Source: Kiritimatiellia bacterium
GTDB lineage: Bacteria > Verrucomicrobiota > Kiritimatiellia > RFP12 > UBA1067
Assembly (NCBI GenBank): GCA_045599105.1
Contig: JAZRVL010000043.1
Coordinates: 1,103-65,102 of the forward strand
Direction: 5' to 3'
Length of the DNA: 64,000 nucleotides
Part shown: piece by piece, positions 24,093 to 33,207 of the stretch
Position numbering within the stretch: position 1 is the first letter of the stretch
Layout of the letters: every line of letters begins with the position of its first letter
Notes under the pieces: model-generated
Databases searched by the model: none
What the model saw: only the letters and a program-made list of their open reading frames with translations
Told to the model about the DNA's origin: nothing
Position numbers and translations under genes: made by a program

Positions 24093-24604
24093 AAAAGTAC
24101 ATCTCGGCAAACGATTATTTACATGACAGTTGGCGCTTGGCGGAAAGCATCTACCGAAGCGGATGGCGGCCGGACCTACTTGTCAGCTTATGGCGGGGCG
24201 GGGCGCCAGTTGGAATGGCAGTCCACGAATACCTCCGCATTCGCGGATGGGACATAAAGCATATAGTTGCGTCTCCACCTCCAACTATTTCCTCCAACTA
24301 TTCCCTCCAACTATTCCCTCCAACTCAACACATCCTCTTCCTCGACGATGTATTCGATACCGGCAAGACATGGGAAACGATCCTCAACCACCTCTCTCCA
24401 ACTCCAACTATTCCCTCCAACTCATATCGCCTCGCCACTGTATATTGGAAAAAGCCCTGCAATTTGACAAACCTTAAGCCAGATTGGACGGTTAGGGAAG
24501 TAGGGGAAGAGTGGTTAGTCTTTCCCCATGAGCTTGACGGTCTTTCGCCCGAAGAACTTGCCGTTAAAGATTCTATGCTACACGAGATAATGAATATGCT
24601 ATAA
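24089..24604 (+). CDS. Type I phosphoribosyltransferase (xanthine/hypoxanthine-like)
   Basis: WRPD...WRGG, PRPP-binding LFLDDVFDTGKT and WLVFPHEL motifs. Confidence 0.85.
   Translation: MKKYISANDYLHDSWRLAESIYRSGWRPDLLVSLWRGGAPVGMAVHEYLRIRGWDIKHIVASPPPTISSNYSLQLFPPTQHILFLDDVFDTGKTWETILNHLSPTPTIPSNSYRLATVYWKKPCNLTNLKPDWTVREVGEEWLVFPHELDGLSPEELAVKDSMLHEIMNML
24278..24334 (+). repeat. 13-bp tandem repeat x3.7 plus tail CAACACATC, inside the PRT gene
   Basis: Units at 24278 (ending T), 24291, 24304, with a partial unit at 24317. Confidence 0.95.
24396..24424 (+). repeat. Short copy of the same repeat inside the PRT gene
   Basis: CTCCAACTCCAACTATTCCCTCCAACTCA. Confidence 0.85.
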
Positions 24605-24605
24605 T
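24597..24605 (+). promoter_or_regulatory. Extended -10 promoter of the gcv operon
   Basis: TGCTATAAT ending 10 nt before the gcvT ATG. Confidence 0.6.
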
Positions 24606-24615
24606 ATTTATCACT

Positions 24616-25698
24616 ATGGAAAAGAAAACTCCCTTATACGATAAGCATCTTGAGCATGGTGGGCGGATTGTGCCTTTTGCGGGTTACTTGCTACCAGTAC
24701 AATATGGCGCTGGCGTCATTGCCGAGCACATGGCAGTTCGCACGAAGTGCGGACTATTTGATGTTTCACACATGGGTGAAGTCGTTTTTGAAGGTCCTGA
24801 TGCGCTTAAGAACTTAAACCGCATTGTTACCAATGACTACACCAAGATGGAGGCAGGTCGTGTCAGATATGGCCTTATGTGCTATGACAATGGCACTTGT
24901 GTAGACGACTTACTCGTTTACAAGATTGGCGACGAGAAGTATTTCGTCGTTATCAATGCTGGCAATCGTGACAAGGATGTGGAGTGGATCAAAGCGCATC
25001 TTGAAGGCGATGTTCGCTTTACCGATATTTCCGATTCTATTGCGCAGTTGGCGCTTCAAGGTCCCAATGCGCCTGAAATTTTAAAGAAGCTTACGGATGC
25101 CTTGCCTGAGAAGTATTATTCCTTCCTTGCTAATTGCGAGGTTGCGGGCATTAAAGGTGCGATTATTTCGCGAACTGGATACACGGGCTCGGAAGGATAC
25201 GAGATTTATGTTGACGCAGATAAGGGACCTGCGCTTTGGGATGCACTACTTGCTGCCGGCAAGGAAGAGGGGCTCATTCCATGCGGGCTTGGTGCACGTG
25301 ATACGCTTAGACTTGAAGCATCAATGCCACTTTATGGGCACGAGATGAACGAAACCATCACGCCCTTTGAGGCGGGACTTGGGATGGGAGTCAAGATGTC
25401 CAAGAGTGATTTCATTGGACGCGCGGCACTTGAAAAAGCGGGTGAACCTAAGCGTGAGCGGGTGGGGTTGGAGGTGACTGGACGCGGTATTGTGCGTGAG
25501 CATCAAGCAATTTATATTGGGGAGAAGCTCATTGGCCAGACGACGAGTGGTACGCATTGCCCTTATATCGGCAAGGCGCTCGCGATGGCGCTTGTGGAGA
25601 GTGGCTCGCTTGCGATGGGCGAGAGCGCTGAGGTCGATGTTCGTGGTCGTCGAGTGACGGTCAAGCGAATTGAAATGCCATTTTACAAGAAAGGATAA
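24616..25698 (+). CDS. gcvT: Glycine cleavage system aminomethyltransferase
   Basis: KTPLY, GLFDVSHMGE, SRTGYTG..GYE and GLGARDTLRLEA motifs. Confidence 0.96.
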   Translation: MEKKTPLYDKHLEHGGRIVPFAGYLLPVQYGAGVIAEHMAVRTKCGLFDVSHMGEVVFEGPDALKNLNRIVTNDYTKMEAGRVRYGLMCYDNGTCVDDLLVYKIGDEKYFVVINAGNRDKDVEWIKAHLEGDVRFTDISDSIAQLALQGPNAPEILKKLTDALPEKYYSFLANCEVAGIKGAIISRTGYTGSEGYEIYVDADKGPALWDALLAAGKEEGLIPCGLGARDTLRLEASMPLYGHEMNETITPFEAGLGMGVKMSKSDFIGRAALEKAGEPKRERVGLEVTGRGIVREHQAIYIGEKLIGQTTSGTHCPYIGKALAMALVESGSLAMGESAEVDVRGRRVTVKRIEMPFYKKG

Positions 25699-25704
25699 AA
25701 TAAA

Positions 25705-26085
25705 ATGAATATTCCAGCAAATCTCAAGTATGTGAAATCTCATGAATGGATTGAGGATCTCGGCGCAGGCAAGGTCCGCGTTGGCATCACCGATTTTGCG
25801 CAGCATGCGATGGGGGATATCGTTTTTGTAAACCTCCCTGAAGTTGGCGCAGAGGTTGTTGCGGGTGAGAGGATGTGCGATATTGAAAGCGTCAAGAGCG
25901 TGGAGGACGTCTTTTCTCCAGTGACGGGCAAGGTAGTGGCGGTCAATGAGGCGCTGCGCGATGCGCCAGAGTCGGTCAATAGCGACCCGTATGGGGCGTG
26001 GTTTGCAGAGATTGAAGGTGTGTCTGCGACCGAAGAGACGATGGACAATGTCGCCTACACGGCGCTTTGCGAATCGGAGGGCTAA
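25705..26085 (+). CDS. gcvH: Glycine cleavage system H protein
   Basis: SHEW, GITDFAQ, lipoyl-lysine motif ESVKS and NSDPYG.W. Confidence 0.96.
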   Translation: MNIPANLKYVKSHEWIEDLGAGKVRVGITDFAQHAMGDIVFVNLPEVGAEVVAGERMCDIESVKSVEDVFSPVTGKVVAVNEALRDAPESVNSDPYGAWFAEIEGVSATEETMDNVAYTALCESEG

Positions 26086-26086
26086 G

Positions 26087-27382
26087 ATGGGCTCGTATAT
26101 TCCGAACGGCGATGATGATCGTCGGGAGATGCTCGATAAGTGTGGAGCTAAGTCGGTAGATGACTTTTATAGCGCCGTTCCGAGCGCGATGCGTTTAACT
26201 AAACTTAACTTACCCGCAGGCGTTTCCGAAATGGAAACGTCTCGTTTTGTTGAGGAGCTTGCGGAGAAGAATATTGCTTTTAAGCGCGTTTTTCGTGGCG
26301 CTGGTGCATATAAGCATTATATTCCTGCGACGGTTAAATCGATTACCGCCAAAGAGGAATTCGTCACCGCCTATACACCATATCAAGCGGAGATTTCGCA
26401 AGGCATCCTACAATCAATCTTTGAGTATCAAACGATGATTTGCGATTTGACGGGATTGGATGTCGCTAACGCCTCAGTTTATGATGGGGCGACGGCTGCT
26501 GCGGAAGCGCTTGCAATGTGCCGTGAAGGAAAGCGAGAAAGGGCACTTGTTGATAAGAACATCAATCCACGTCATCTTGCGGTTATTGAAACTTATGCGT
26601 TCGGCAGTGGCATGAAGATTGAAAAAGTCGACCTCAAAAACTTGGAAATCGGCGAGGATGTTGCTTGCGTATATTTAGAGCAACCAGATTTTTACGGGAC
26701 GATCGTAGATGCAGAATCGGTGGGCAAGATTGCGCATGCGGCAAAGGTGAAGTTTGTGATGGGCGTAAATCCTATTGCATCAGCAATCTTAAAGAGTGCC
26801 GGTGAATGCGGAGCGGATGTGGCAGTCGGCGAAGGTCAACCACTTGGAATGCCACTTTCGTGGGGTGGACCGTATCTCGGGTTTATGGCTGCAACAACGG
26901 CGATGATGCGCAAGCTTCCTGGACGTATCGTGGGTGAGACGGTGGACGCTGAAGGTAAGCGCGCATTCGTTCTCACTTTGCAAGCCCGTGAGCAGCATAT
27001 TAGACGCGAAAAGGCGTCATCCAATGTTTGCTCTAACGAAAATTTGTGTGCGCTTACTGCGAGCGTATATTTAGCTACGATGGGTAATGTGGGGCTTAGG
27101 ACAGTAGCGGAAAACTCCTACGCCAATGCACATTATCTCAAGGAGGTTTTGGATGACTGCGGCTTTAAGCACGAGGACAGGGGTGAGTTCTTCCATGAGT
27201 TTGTGACCTCAACGCCGATTCCTGCGACTGTGCTACTTGACAAGCTCGCTAATGTCGGTATTTTGGGCGGCTACAAGTTAGATGAAGCGCATCTCCTTTG
27301 GTGTGCGACCGAGCTTAACGATAAAGCGGATATTGATAAGTTGAAGTTGGAGTTGGAGAGAATAGTTGGAGGGGAGAGATGA
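26087..27382 (+). CDS. gcvPA: Glycine dehydrogenase subunit 1
   Basis: TAYTPYQAEISQG, NASVYDG and REQHIRREKASSN motifs; start at MGSYIP. Confidence 0.95.
   Translation: MGSYIPNGDDDRREMLDKCGAKSVDDFYSAVPSAMRLTKLNLPAGVSEMETSRFVEELAEKNIAFKRVFRGAGAYKHYIPATVKSITAKEEFVTAYTPYQAEISQGILQSIFEYQTMICDLTGLDVANASVYDGATAAAEALAMCREGKRERALVDKNINPRHLAVIETYAFGSGMKIEKVDLKNLEIGEDVACVYLEQPDFYGTIVDAESVGKIAHAAKVKFVMGVNPIASAILKSAGECGADVAVGEGQPLGMPLSWGGPYLGFMAATTAMMRKLPGRIVGETVDAEGKRAFVLTLQAREQHIRREKASSNVCSNENLCALTASVYLATMGNVGLRTVAENSYANAHYLKEVLDDCGFKHEDRGEFFHEFVTSTPIPATVLLDKLANVGILGGYKLDEAHLLWCATELNDKADIDKLKLELERIVGGER
27345..27374 (-). repeat. Reverse-strand copy of the CCTCCAACTATTC repeat family at the gcvPA/gcvPB junction
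   Basis: AGTTGGAGTTGGAGAGAATAGTTGGAGGGG; contains GAATAGTTGGAGGG, the exact reverse complement of CCCTCCAACTATTC. Confidence 0.75.
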
Positions 27383-28761
27383 AATTAATATTTGAGCGTG
27401 GACGCTTTGGAAGAGTCCAGAGCGTAGTTCCTTCGGCAACGACACCTAAACGCGAGCTCCCGATCGCCTTTCGTCGGGTGCGGGCATTGCATTTACCTGC
27501 GCTTTCAGAGATTAATCTTTCGCGGCACTATACGGAGCTTGCCAAAAGGGTGCATGGAGTTAACTCAGGCTTTTATCCGCTTGGCTCTTGCACGATGAAG
27601 TACAATCCGAAAATCAATGAAGCGGTAGCAGCGCTCAAGGGTTTCACGGATGTTCATCCTTTGCAATGTGCGCCATCATCAGCTGGTTGTCACGAAGTGA
27701 TTGCGACGATTGAAAAGTGGCTTTGTGAAATCACTGGTATGGACGCTATGAATTTTACGCCAGCTGCAGGTGCGCATGGTGAATTTACAGGGCTATTGAC
27801 CATCAAGGCCTATCACAAAAGCAAAGGTGAGATTAATAAGCGTACGAAAATTATCGTTCCTGATAGTGCGCATGGTACCAATCCCGCATCGGCCAAGATG
27901 TGTGGCTTTACCATTGTTAATATCCCCTCTGGTAGTGATGGATGTGTGGATTTAGAAGCGCTCAAAAAAGCTGTCGGGCCCGACACTGCTGGATTGATGC
28001 TTACTAACCCCAATACGGTTGGTGTATTTGATAAGAATATTTTAGAGATTACTAGGATTGTTCATGAAGCTGGCGGTCTTTGCTATTATGATGGCGCGAA
28101 TATGAATGCGGTGATGGGCAAGGTGCGACCTGGCGATATGGGATTTGATGTTATACACTTAAATCTCCACAAGACTTTCTCTACTCCTCATGGTGGTGGT
28201 GGTCCAGGATCGGGTCCTTGTGGTGCGAAGAAGTTTTTGGAGCCATTTCTTCGTAAGATGCAGATGACGGCGTTTTATGGTAACTTCCTTGTGATTGTGC
28301 GCGCGCTTGCGTACATCAAGACTTTGGGCGCAGAAGGCATCAAGGCGGCAGCCGAAGGCGCAGTACTTAATGCGAACTATATGAAGACGCTTTTGGAAGG
28401 TGAGTACAAGACGGCTTATCCAGGCTATTGTATGCACGAGTTTGTCCTTACGTTGGAAGCGCTCAAGCATGACAATGGCGTTTCGGCGCTCGATGTTGCG
28501 AAAGCACTTCTTGATCGAGGCATTCATCCACCGACTATGTACTTCCCACTCATTGTTCATGAAGCACTCATGATTGAACCTACTGAAACTGAGTCGAAAG
28601 ACACACTTGATGAGGCGGCAAAGGCATTTTTGGAGATTTTGGCGACGGCAAAGACGGACGCAGAAAGTTTACATCAAGCTCCTCTACGGACATACATCCG
28701 TCGGCCAGATGAGACGCGCGCTGCGCGCCAGCCAATTTTGAAGTTCGCCTTTAAGGATTGA
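27379..28761 (+). CDS. gcvPB: Glycine dehydrogenase subunit 2
   Basis: YPLGSCTMKYNP, SAHGTNPAS and HLNLHKTFSTPHGGGGPG motifs. Confidence 0.95.
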   Translation: MKLIFERGRFGRVQSVVPSATTPKRELPIAFRRVRALHLPALSEINLSRHYTELAKRVHGVNSGFYPLGSCTMKYNPKINEAVAALKGFTDVHPLQCAPSSAGCHEVIATIEKWLCEITGMDAMNFTPAAGAHGEFTGLLTIKAYHKSKGEINKRTKIIVPDSAHGTNPASAKMCGFTIVNIPSGSDGCVDLEALKKAVGPDTAGLMLTNPNTVGVFDKNILEITRIVHEAGGLCYYDGANMNAVMGKVRPGDMGFDVIHLNLHKTFSTPHGGGGPGSGPCGAKKFLEPFLRKMQMTAFYGNFLVIVRALAYIKTLGAEGIKAAAEGAVLNANYMKTLLEGEYKTAYPGYCMHEFVLTLEALKHDNGVSALDVAKALLDRGIHPPTMYFPLIVHEALMIEPTETESKDTLDEAAKAFLEILATAKTDAESLHQAPLRTYIRRPDETRAARQPILKFAFKD

Positions 28762-28762
28762 A

Positions 28763-29545
28763 GTGGCTAATCGTTTCATCGTCGAGGCAGATGGGTTTCA
28801 GGTCCATCACAATCAGGCGATTGAAGAGTTCCTTTTAAGGACGCTAAACAAGGGCGATGCGATCTTGTATCTTTGGCGTAACGATCGCACCGTTGTTTGT
28901 GGGCGCAATCAAGATGTTAGACATGAGTGCAAGGTTGATGCGCTCATTGCTGATGGAGGCAAGGTCGCAAAACGGCTTTCAGGCGGGGGTGCGGTTTATC
29001 ACGACTTAGGGAACTTAAACTTCTCTTTCTTTGCGGATGCGAGCGAATACGATATTGCGAGGCAATTAGGTGTCGTACAACGTGCCTTGAAGAAGTTTGG
29101 TATTGTGGCGGAGAAAACTGGGCGCAACGATCTCGCAATTAATGGAAAGAAGTTTTCAGGGAATGCCTTTTTAAAGCAGGGTTTTCGGCGACTACATCAC
29201 GGAACGATTATGCTTGAGGTCAACGCAGAGGCGCTTAAAAAGTATCTGACTCCTGCGCCCATTAAGCTCGCCAAAAATGGTGTTGCTTCGGTAGTCTCGC
29301 GAACAATTAACTTGAAAGCAATCGCCCCTACGATGAGTGTGGCGGAGTTGGCAAGTGAACTTAAGCATGTTTATAGCGAAGAATATGGCGCAAGCCTGCG
29401 TGAACCATTTTCAATGAGCGAGCGCAAAACGATTGCAACTTTGGAGTCTCGCTTTGCGTCGGATGAGTGGCTATATGCTGCGCCTGGCGAGCTATCAGAC
29501 GATGGCATTGAAGAAATCTTTACTGAAGAATGGAGGAAAGCATAA
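28763..29545 (+). CDS. lplA: Lipoate-protein ligase, catalytic domain only
   Basis: RLSGGGAVYHDLGNLNFS, RNDL...GKKFSGNA and HHGT motifs; 260 aa with no C-terminal domain. Confidence 0.85.
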   Translation: MANRFIVEADGFQVHHNQAIEEFLLRTLNKGDAILYLWRNDRTVVCGRNQDVRHECKVDALIADGGKVAKRLSGGGAVYHDLGNLNFSFFADASEYDIARQLGVVQRALKKFGIVAEKTGRNDLAINGKKFSGNAFLKQGFRRLHHGTIMLEVNAEALKKYLTPAPIKLAKNGVASVVSRTINLKAIAPTMSVAELASELKHVYSEEYGASLREPFSMSERKTIATLESRFASDEWLYAAPGELSDDGIEEIFTEEWRKA

Positions 29546-30933
29546 TGTACGACTTAATTGTAATTGGCGCAGGTCCTGCGGGATATGTAGGGGCAATTAA
29601 AGCTGCGCAATTAAACTTGAAGACTTTGCTCGTTGAGCGTGATGAACTTGGTGGGACATGCCTTAATCGTGGTTGCATCCCGACCAAGGCGTATTTGCGC
29701 TCAGCGCATATCCTTGAAGAGGCGAAAAATTGGGGCGTGCTTGGAATAACTGGTCCCGCGCCTAGTTTTGATTTTACGGCGATGACTGCGCGCAAAGACG
29801 CGGTAGTTAATCAGCTTAAGACTGGAATTGGCGCACTATTAAAAGGTAACGGCGTTGAGCTCGTCAAAGGCGAGGCGAAGATTGTCGGCAAAGGTAAAGT
29901 CACTGTCGCAGGTACGGAATATGCGACTAAAAACATTCTAATTGCCGCAGGCTCAAGTCCACTTCGTCCACCGATTACTGGAATTGATACCGATGGTGTG
30001 TGGACGAGTGATGAACTGCTCACAGGGCGCTTTGTGAAAGAGCTACTTATCGTTGGCGGAGGGGTAATCGGGATGGAGTTTGCGTCGCTATACGTAGCAC
30101 TGGGTGCAAAAGTAACGGTCATTGAGGCCTTGGATCGTGTACTTGCGAGCGTTGATCGCGAACTTGGACAAAACCTTTCGCTGATCTTGAAGAAAAGGGG
30201 GGTTACTATTTATACTAACTCGCGAGTGAGTGCTTTTAAGCGCCAGGGTGATAAAACCATAACTACATTTAGCACCAAAGACGGCTCAAGTATTAAACTT
30301 GCATCTGACGCCGTCTTAGTCGCTATTGGGCGCAAGGGTAATGCGGCAAATCTTGCCGAGGAGTCGCTTGGGCTCAAAATTGATCGCGGACAATTTGTAG
30401 TAGACGAGTATCATCGCACAAACGTTGAGGGCATTTGGGCGGTTGGTGATATTGCCAAAGGTGATGTGCAGCTCGCTCACGCAGCGAGTGCTTATGCGAT
30501 TTCGGCAGTCTCGCAGATGGCAGGCGTAGCGAGTGTAATTGACCTTAAGCTTATTCCTGGCTGTATTTTTACTGAGCCAGAAATTGCTACAGTGGGACTG
30601 ACGGAAGAGGAAGCAAAAGCAAGGGGACTTAATGTTAAGAGTGCTAAGTATTTGATGAGTGGTAATGGCAAAACTATCATCGAACTCGCGGAGCGGAGTT
30701 TTATTAAGATTGTTGCCGAAGAAGCGAGCGACAAGATTGTGGGTGCTTTTCTTATGTGCCCACATGCCTCCGATCTTGTGGGTGAACTTGCGCTTGCAAT
30801 TAGTAAAGGACTTACTGCGAAGGATGTCACTTCACTCATTCATCCGCATCCAACGCTCGGTGAGGGTGTGTTGGAGGCGTGTGAAAACTTTCTTGGCACG
30901 TCCGTGCATACGATGCCGCGTATCCACAAATGA
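29545..30933 (+). CDS. lpdA: Dihydrolipoamide dehydrogenase
   Basis: IGAGPAGY, GGTCLNRGCIPTK and HPHPTLGE motifs. Confidence 0.95.
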   Translation: MYDLIVIGAGPAGYVGAIKAAQLNLKTLLVERDELGGTCLNRGCIPTKAYLRSAHILEEAKNWGVLGITGPAPSFDFTAMTARKDAVVNQLKTGIGALLKGNGVELVKGEAKIVGKGKVTVAGTEYATKNILIAAGSSPLRPPITGIDTDGVWTSDELLTGRFVKELLIVGGGVIGMEFASLYVALGAKVTVIEALDRVLASVDRELGQNLSLILKKRGVTIYTNSRVSAFKRQGDKTITTFSTKDGSSIKLASDAVLVAIGRKGNAANLAEESLGLKIDRGQFVVDEYHRTNVEGIWAVGDIAKGDVQLAHAASAYAISAVSQMAGVASVIDLKLIPGCIFTEPEIATVGLTEEEAKARGLNVKSAKYLMSGNGKTIIELAERSFIKIVAEEASDKIVGAFLMCPHASDLVGELALAISKGLTAKDVTSLIHPHPTLGEGVLEACENFLGTSVHTMPRIHK

Positions 30934-31370
30934 TTATTCGCTTTGCGAGGTGTGATGACGAGCGGTTGGCGGGGATGGCGTGTGAGTATTGGCGTGCTCG
31001 GGCGGCGAGGATGCGTTTTAGGTTGGGGCAAATGCAGGAGTTGGTTGCTGGTGGGCTGTTGATGGAGATGACTGGCTTTTGCGAGCCCAAGATTGCGCTT
31101 TCTGCGAGTGGCAAGCCGTTCTTTGCGGATCATCCCTCGGTGCATTTCAATATTTCGCATTCCTTTGAATATGTCCTGTGCGCCATCGCCGACCACCCCG
31201 TCGGTTGCGATATTGAGCGTGATGTGCCGCTCGATGATGAGCTTAAAAAAGCAATCGGTTCAATCGCCAATTGGACTTTGCAGGAAGCATCCTTCAAATG
31301 CGGCACCCCCCACGCCCACGCTCGGCTTATTGACGCACCTTGCGGATACCTTGCCGCAATAGCGGTATAA
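30930..31370 (+). CDS. Minimal Sfp-type 4'-phosphopantetheinyl transferase
   Basis: GKPF...FNISHS...VGCDIE...WTLQEA..K motifs. Confidence 0.75.
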   Translation: MIIRFARCDDERLAGMACEYWRARAARMRFRLGQMQELVAGGLLMEMTGFCEPKIALSASGKPFFADHPSVHFNISHSFEYVLCAIADHPVGCDIERDVPLDDELKKAIGSIANWTLQEASFKCGTPHAHARLIDAPCGYLAAIAV

Positions 31371-31376
31371 AGGTAC

Positions 31377-31406
31377 TTGCGCACACTCCGCCAAAAGTGG
31401 TATAAT
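31377..31406 (+). promoter_or_regulatory. Sigma70-type promoter
   Basis: TTGCGC and TATAAT 18 nt apart, with extended -10 TG; 6 nt before ATG 31413. Confidence 0.65.
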
Positions 31407-31412
31407 TACCTC

Positions 31413-31613
31413 ATGACTATTAAAAAACCAGCAACTGGCGCGGCAATTGCCGATCGTCTTAAATTAGACACCTCAACCGAATCCTCCGTAGCTCGCGTAG
31501 GAGGATCAACCTCCACCAAAGCCGCCCTCATCGCAGGTGCGCTTGCGTTGATTGTTGCGGGCATTTTGACGTTCATCCTGTATCAGCATTGGGAATTTCT
31601 TAAGTGCGCATGA
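31413..31613 (+). CDS. Small single-pass membrane protein (66 aa)
   Basis: ATG just after the promoter; C-terminal hydrophobic helix; ATGA overlap with nadC. Confidence 0.65.
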   Translation: MTIKKPATGAAIADRLKLDTSTESSVARVGGSTSTKAALIAGALALIVAGILTFILYQHWEFLKCA

Positions 31614-32482
31614 TGGCGGATATTGCCTCGCTTAAGTCCGTCAAGGAGGTGATTCGTCGTAGTTTGGATGAGGATTTAAGCCCCCAGCGCTTAGATGCGA
31701 CGAGTGAGGCGCTCATTGACCCCAAGACGGTTGCGACTGGCGAGATTTATGCTAAAGCTGCATCGTGCATTGTTGCTGGTGCCGGGGTAGCCAAGGCGGT
31801 TTTTAAGGCGATTGATCCCAAGCTTCAAGTCCATATTCTCAAAAAGGATGGCTCGCTGGCCCGTCCTAAGGAACCGATTTTGGTATTCAAGGGCAAGGCG
31901 CGCTCTATTCTCGCTGCGGAGCGTACGGCGCTTAATTTCATGCAACGCATGTGCGCGACTGCGACTTTGACGCACAAGTTCGTCGCCGCAACTCGCCGCT
32001 ATCATACGCTCATTTTGGATACTCGCAAAACCACTCCCGCCCTGCGCATTTTCGAGAAGTATGCGGTGAAGTGCGGCGGTGGCGCCAATCATCGTTTTGG
32101 GATGTATGATCGCATTTTGATCAAGGACAATCATCGTCGGCTTTGGTGCGGGGGCGACCCCGATCGACTTGATGAGGCGGTTAGAGTGGCGCGCAAGCGC
32201 TTCCCGAAGCTGATGGTCGAGGTCGAGGTTGAAAGTGTGCGGGAGTGCATAAGCGCTTTGAGGGCGTCGCCGGAGTGGATTATGCTTGACAATATGTCCA
32301 TTAAGGACATGAAAGCGTGCGTCAAACTTTGCCAGGGCAGGGCTCTAACGGAGGCCTCGGGCGGGATTACATTAAAGCGAGCGAGGCAAGTTGCCGCCAC
32401 CAAGGTCAGTGCAATTTCGCTTGGGTGTTTGACGCACTCGGCTCCTGCGGTTGATTTATCGTTGGAATGGCGAGCGATTTGA
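31610..32482 (+). CDS. nadC: Quinolinate phosphoribosyltransferase
   Basis: AERTALNF, DTRKTTP, HRFG..D.ILIKDNH, MLDN and EASGGI motifs. Confidence 0.95.
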   Translation: MMADIASLKSVKEVIRRSLDEDLSPQRLDATSEALIDPKTVATGEIYAKAASCIVAGAGVAKAVFKAIDPKLQVHILKKDGSLARPKEPILVFKGKARSILAAERTALNFMQRMCATATLTHKFVAATRRYHTLILDTRKTTPALRIFEKYAVKCGGGANHRFGMYDRILIKDNHRRLWCGGDPDRLDEAVRVARKRFPKLMVEVEVESVRECISALRASPEWIMLDNMSIKDMKACVKLCQGRALTEASGGITLKRARQVAATKVSAISLGCLTHSAPAVDLSLEWRAI

Positions 32483-33207
32483 TTGTAGTTGATGTAGGCA
32501 ACACTTCTACGGCAATTGGGCTATGGAAGGGTGGCAAGGTGAGTGCGGTTAAGCACTTTGATGGCGATGAGCGAGGCGCTTTTGCGTACGCTCGTGCCCT
32601 TGCCAAGCGTGCCAAGTGCGTCTCTTATATTTCGGTAGTCCCCGAAAAGGATGCGCGTTGGCTTGAAGCTTTTCGGCGCTTGGCGCTTAAGGTCCATCGG
32701 CTTTCGTACCGTGACTTCATGGGCGAGTCGTCGCCCGTCAAGTTGGATTATCCTAAACCCTCGACGATTGGCGCTGATCGGCTTGCGGATGCGCTGGGGG
32801 CGGTGGTGAAGTACGGTGCGCCGATTATAGTGATGGACTTTGGTACGGCGCTTACGGCGGCGCTTATCACCAAGGACAGGGTTTGGCGAGGCGGGGTGAT
32901 CGCGCCGGGCTTTCCGCTGATGCGGGATTATCTTTTTGAGCGCACCGCCAAGTTGCCGCGAATGAAGCTGGGCCGGGGGGCGGCGCCGCGGCTTGGGCGC
33001 TCGACCGAGGAGGCGATGCGCTTTGGGGCGCTGGTGGGCTATCGTGGAATGGTGCGAGAAATCGTCCGTGAACTCGAGCGCAACTTTAAAACTCGCTTTA
33101 AGTTGGTCGCAACGGGCGGCTTTGCGAAGTGGGTGCTCAAGGACCTTGATCTGCCATTTATAATTGATCCTACCTTAACCTTGTATGGAGCGGGGCTTGT
33201 CGTATGA
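32467..33207 (+). CDS. coaX: Type III pantothenate kinase
   Basis: VDVGNT, GADR, DFGTA, GGVIAPG and ATGG motifs. Confidence 0.92.
   Translation: MASDLIVVDVGNTSTAIGLWKGGKVSAVKHFDGDERGAFAYARALAKRAKCVSYISVVPEKDARWLEAFRRLALKVHRLSYRDFMGESSPVKLDYPKPSTIGADRLADALGAVVKYGAPIIVMDFGTALTAALITKDRVWRGGVIAPGFPLMRDYLFERTAKLPRMKLGRGAAPRLGRSTEEAMRFGALVGYRGMVREIVRELERNFKTRFKLVATGGFAKWVLKDLDLPFIIDPTLTLYGAGLVV

Noticed and set aside
23992-24424. Possible CRISPR array
   Set aside because: Units are 13 bp and directly tandem, with no unique spacers and no cas genes in the window.
24540-24615. Glycine riboswitch upstream of gcvT
   Set aside because: Only 11 nt of intergenic space, and the promoter directly precedes the ATG.
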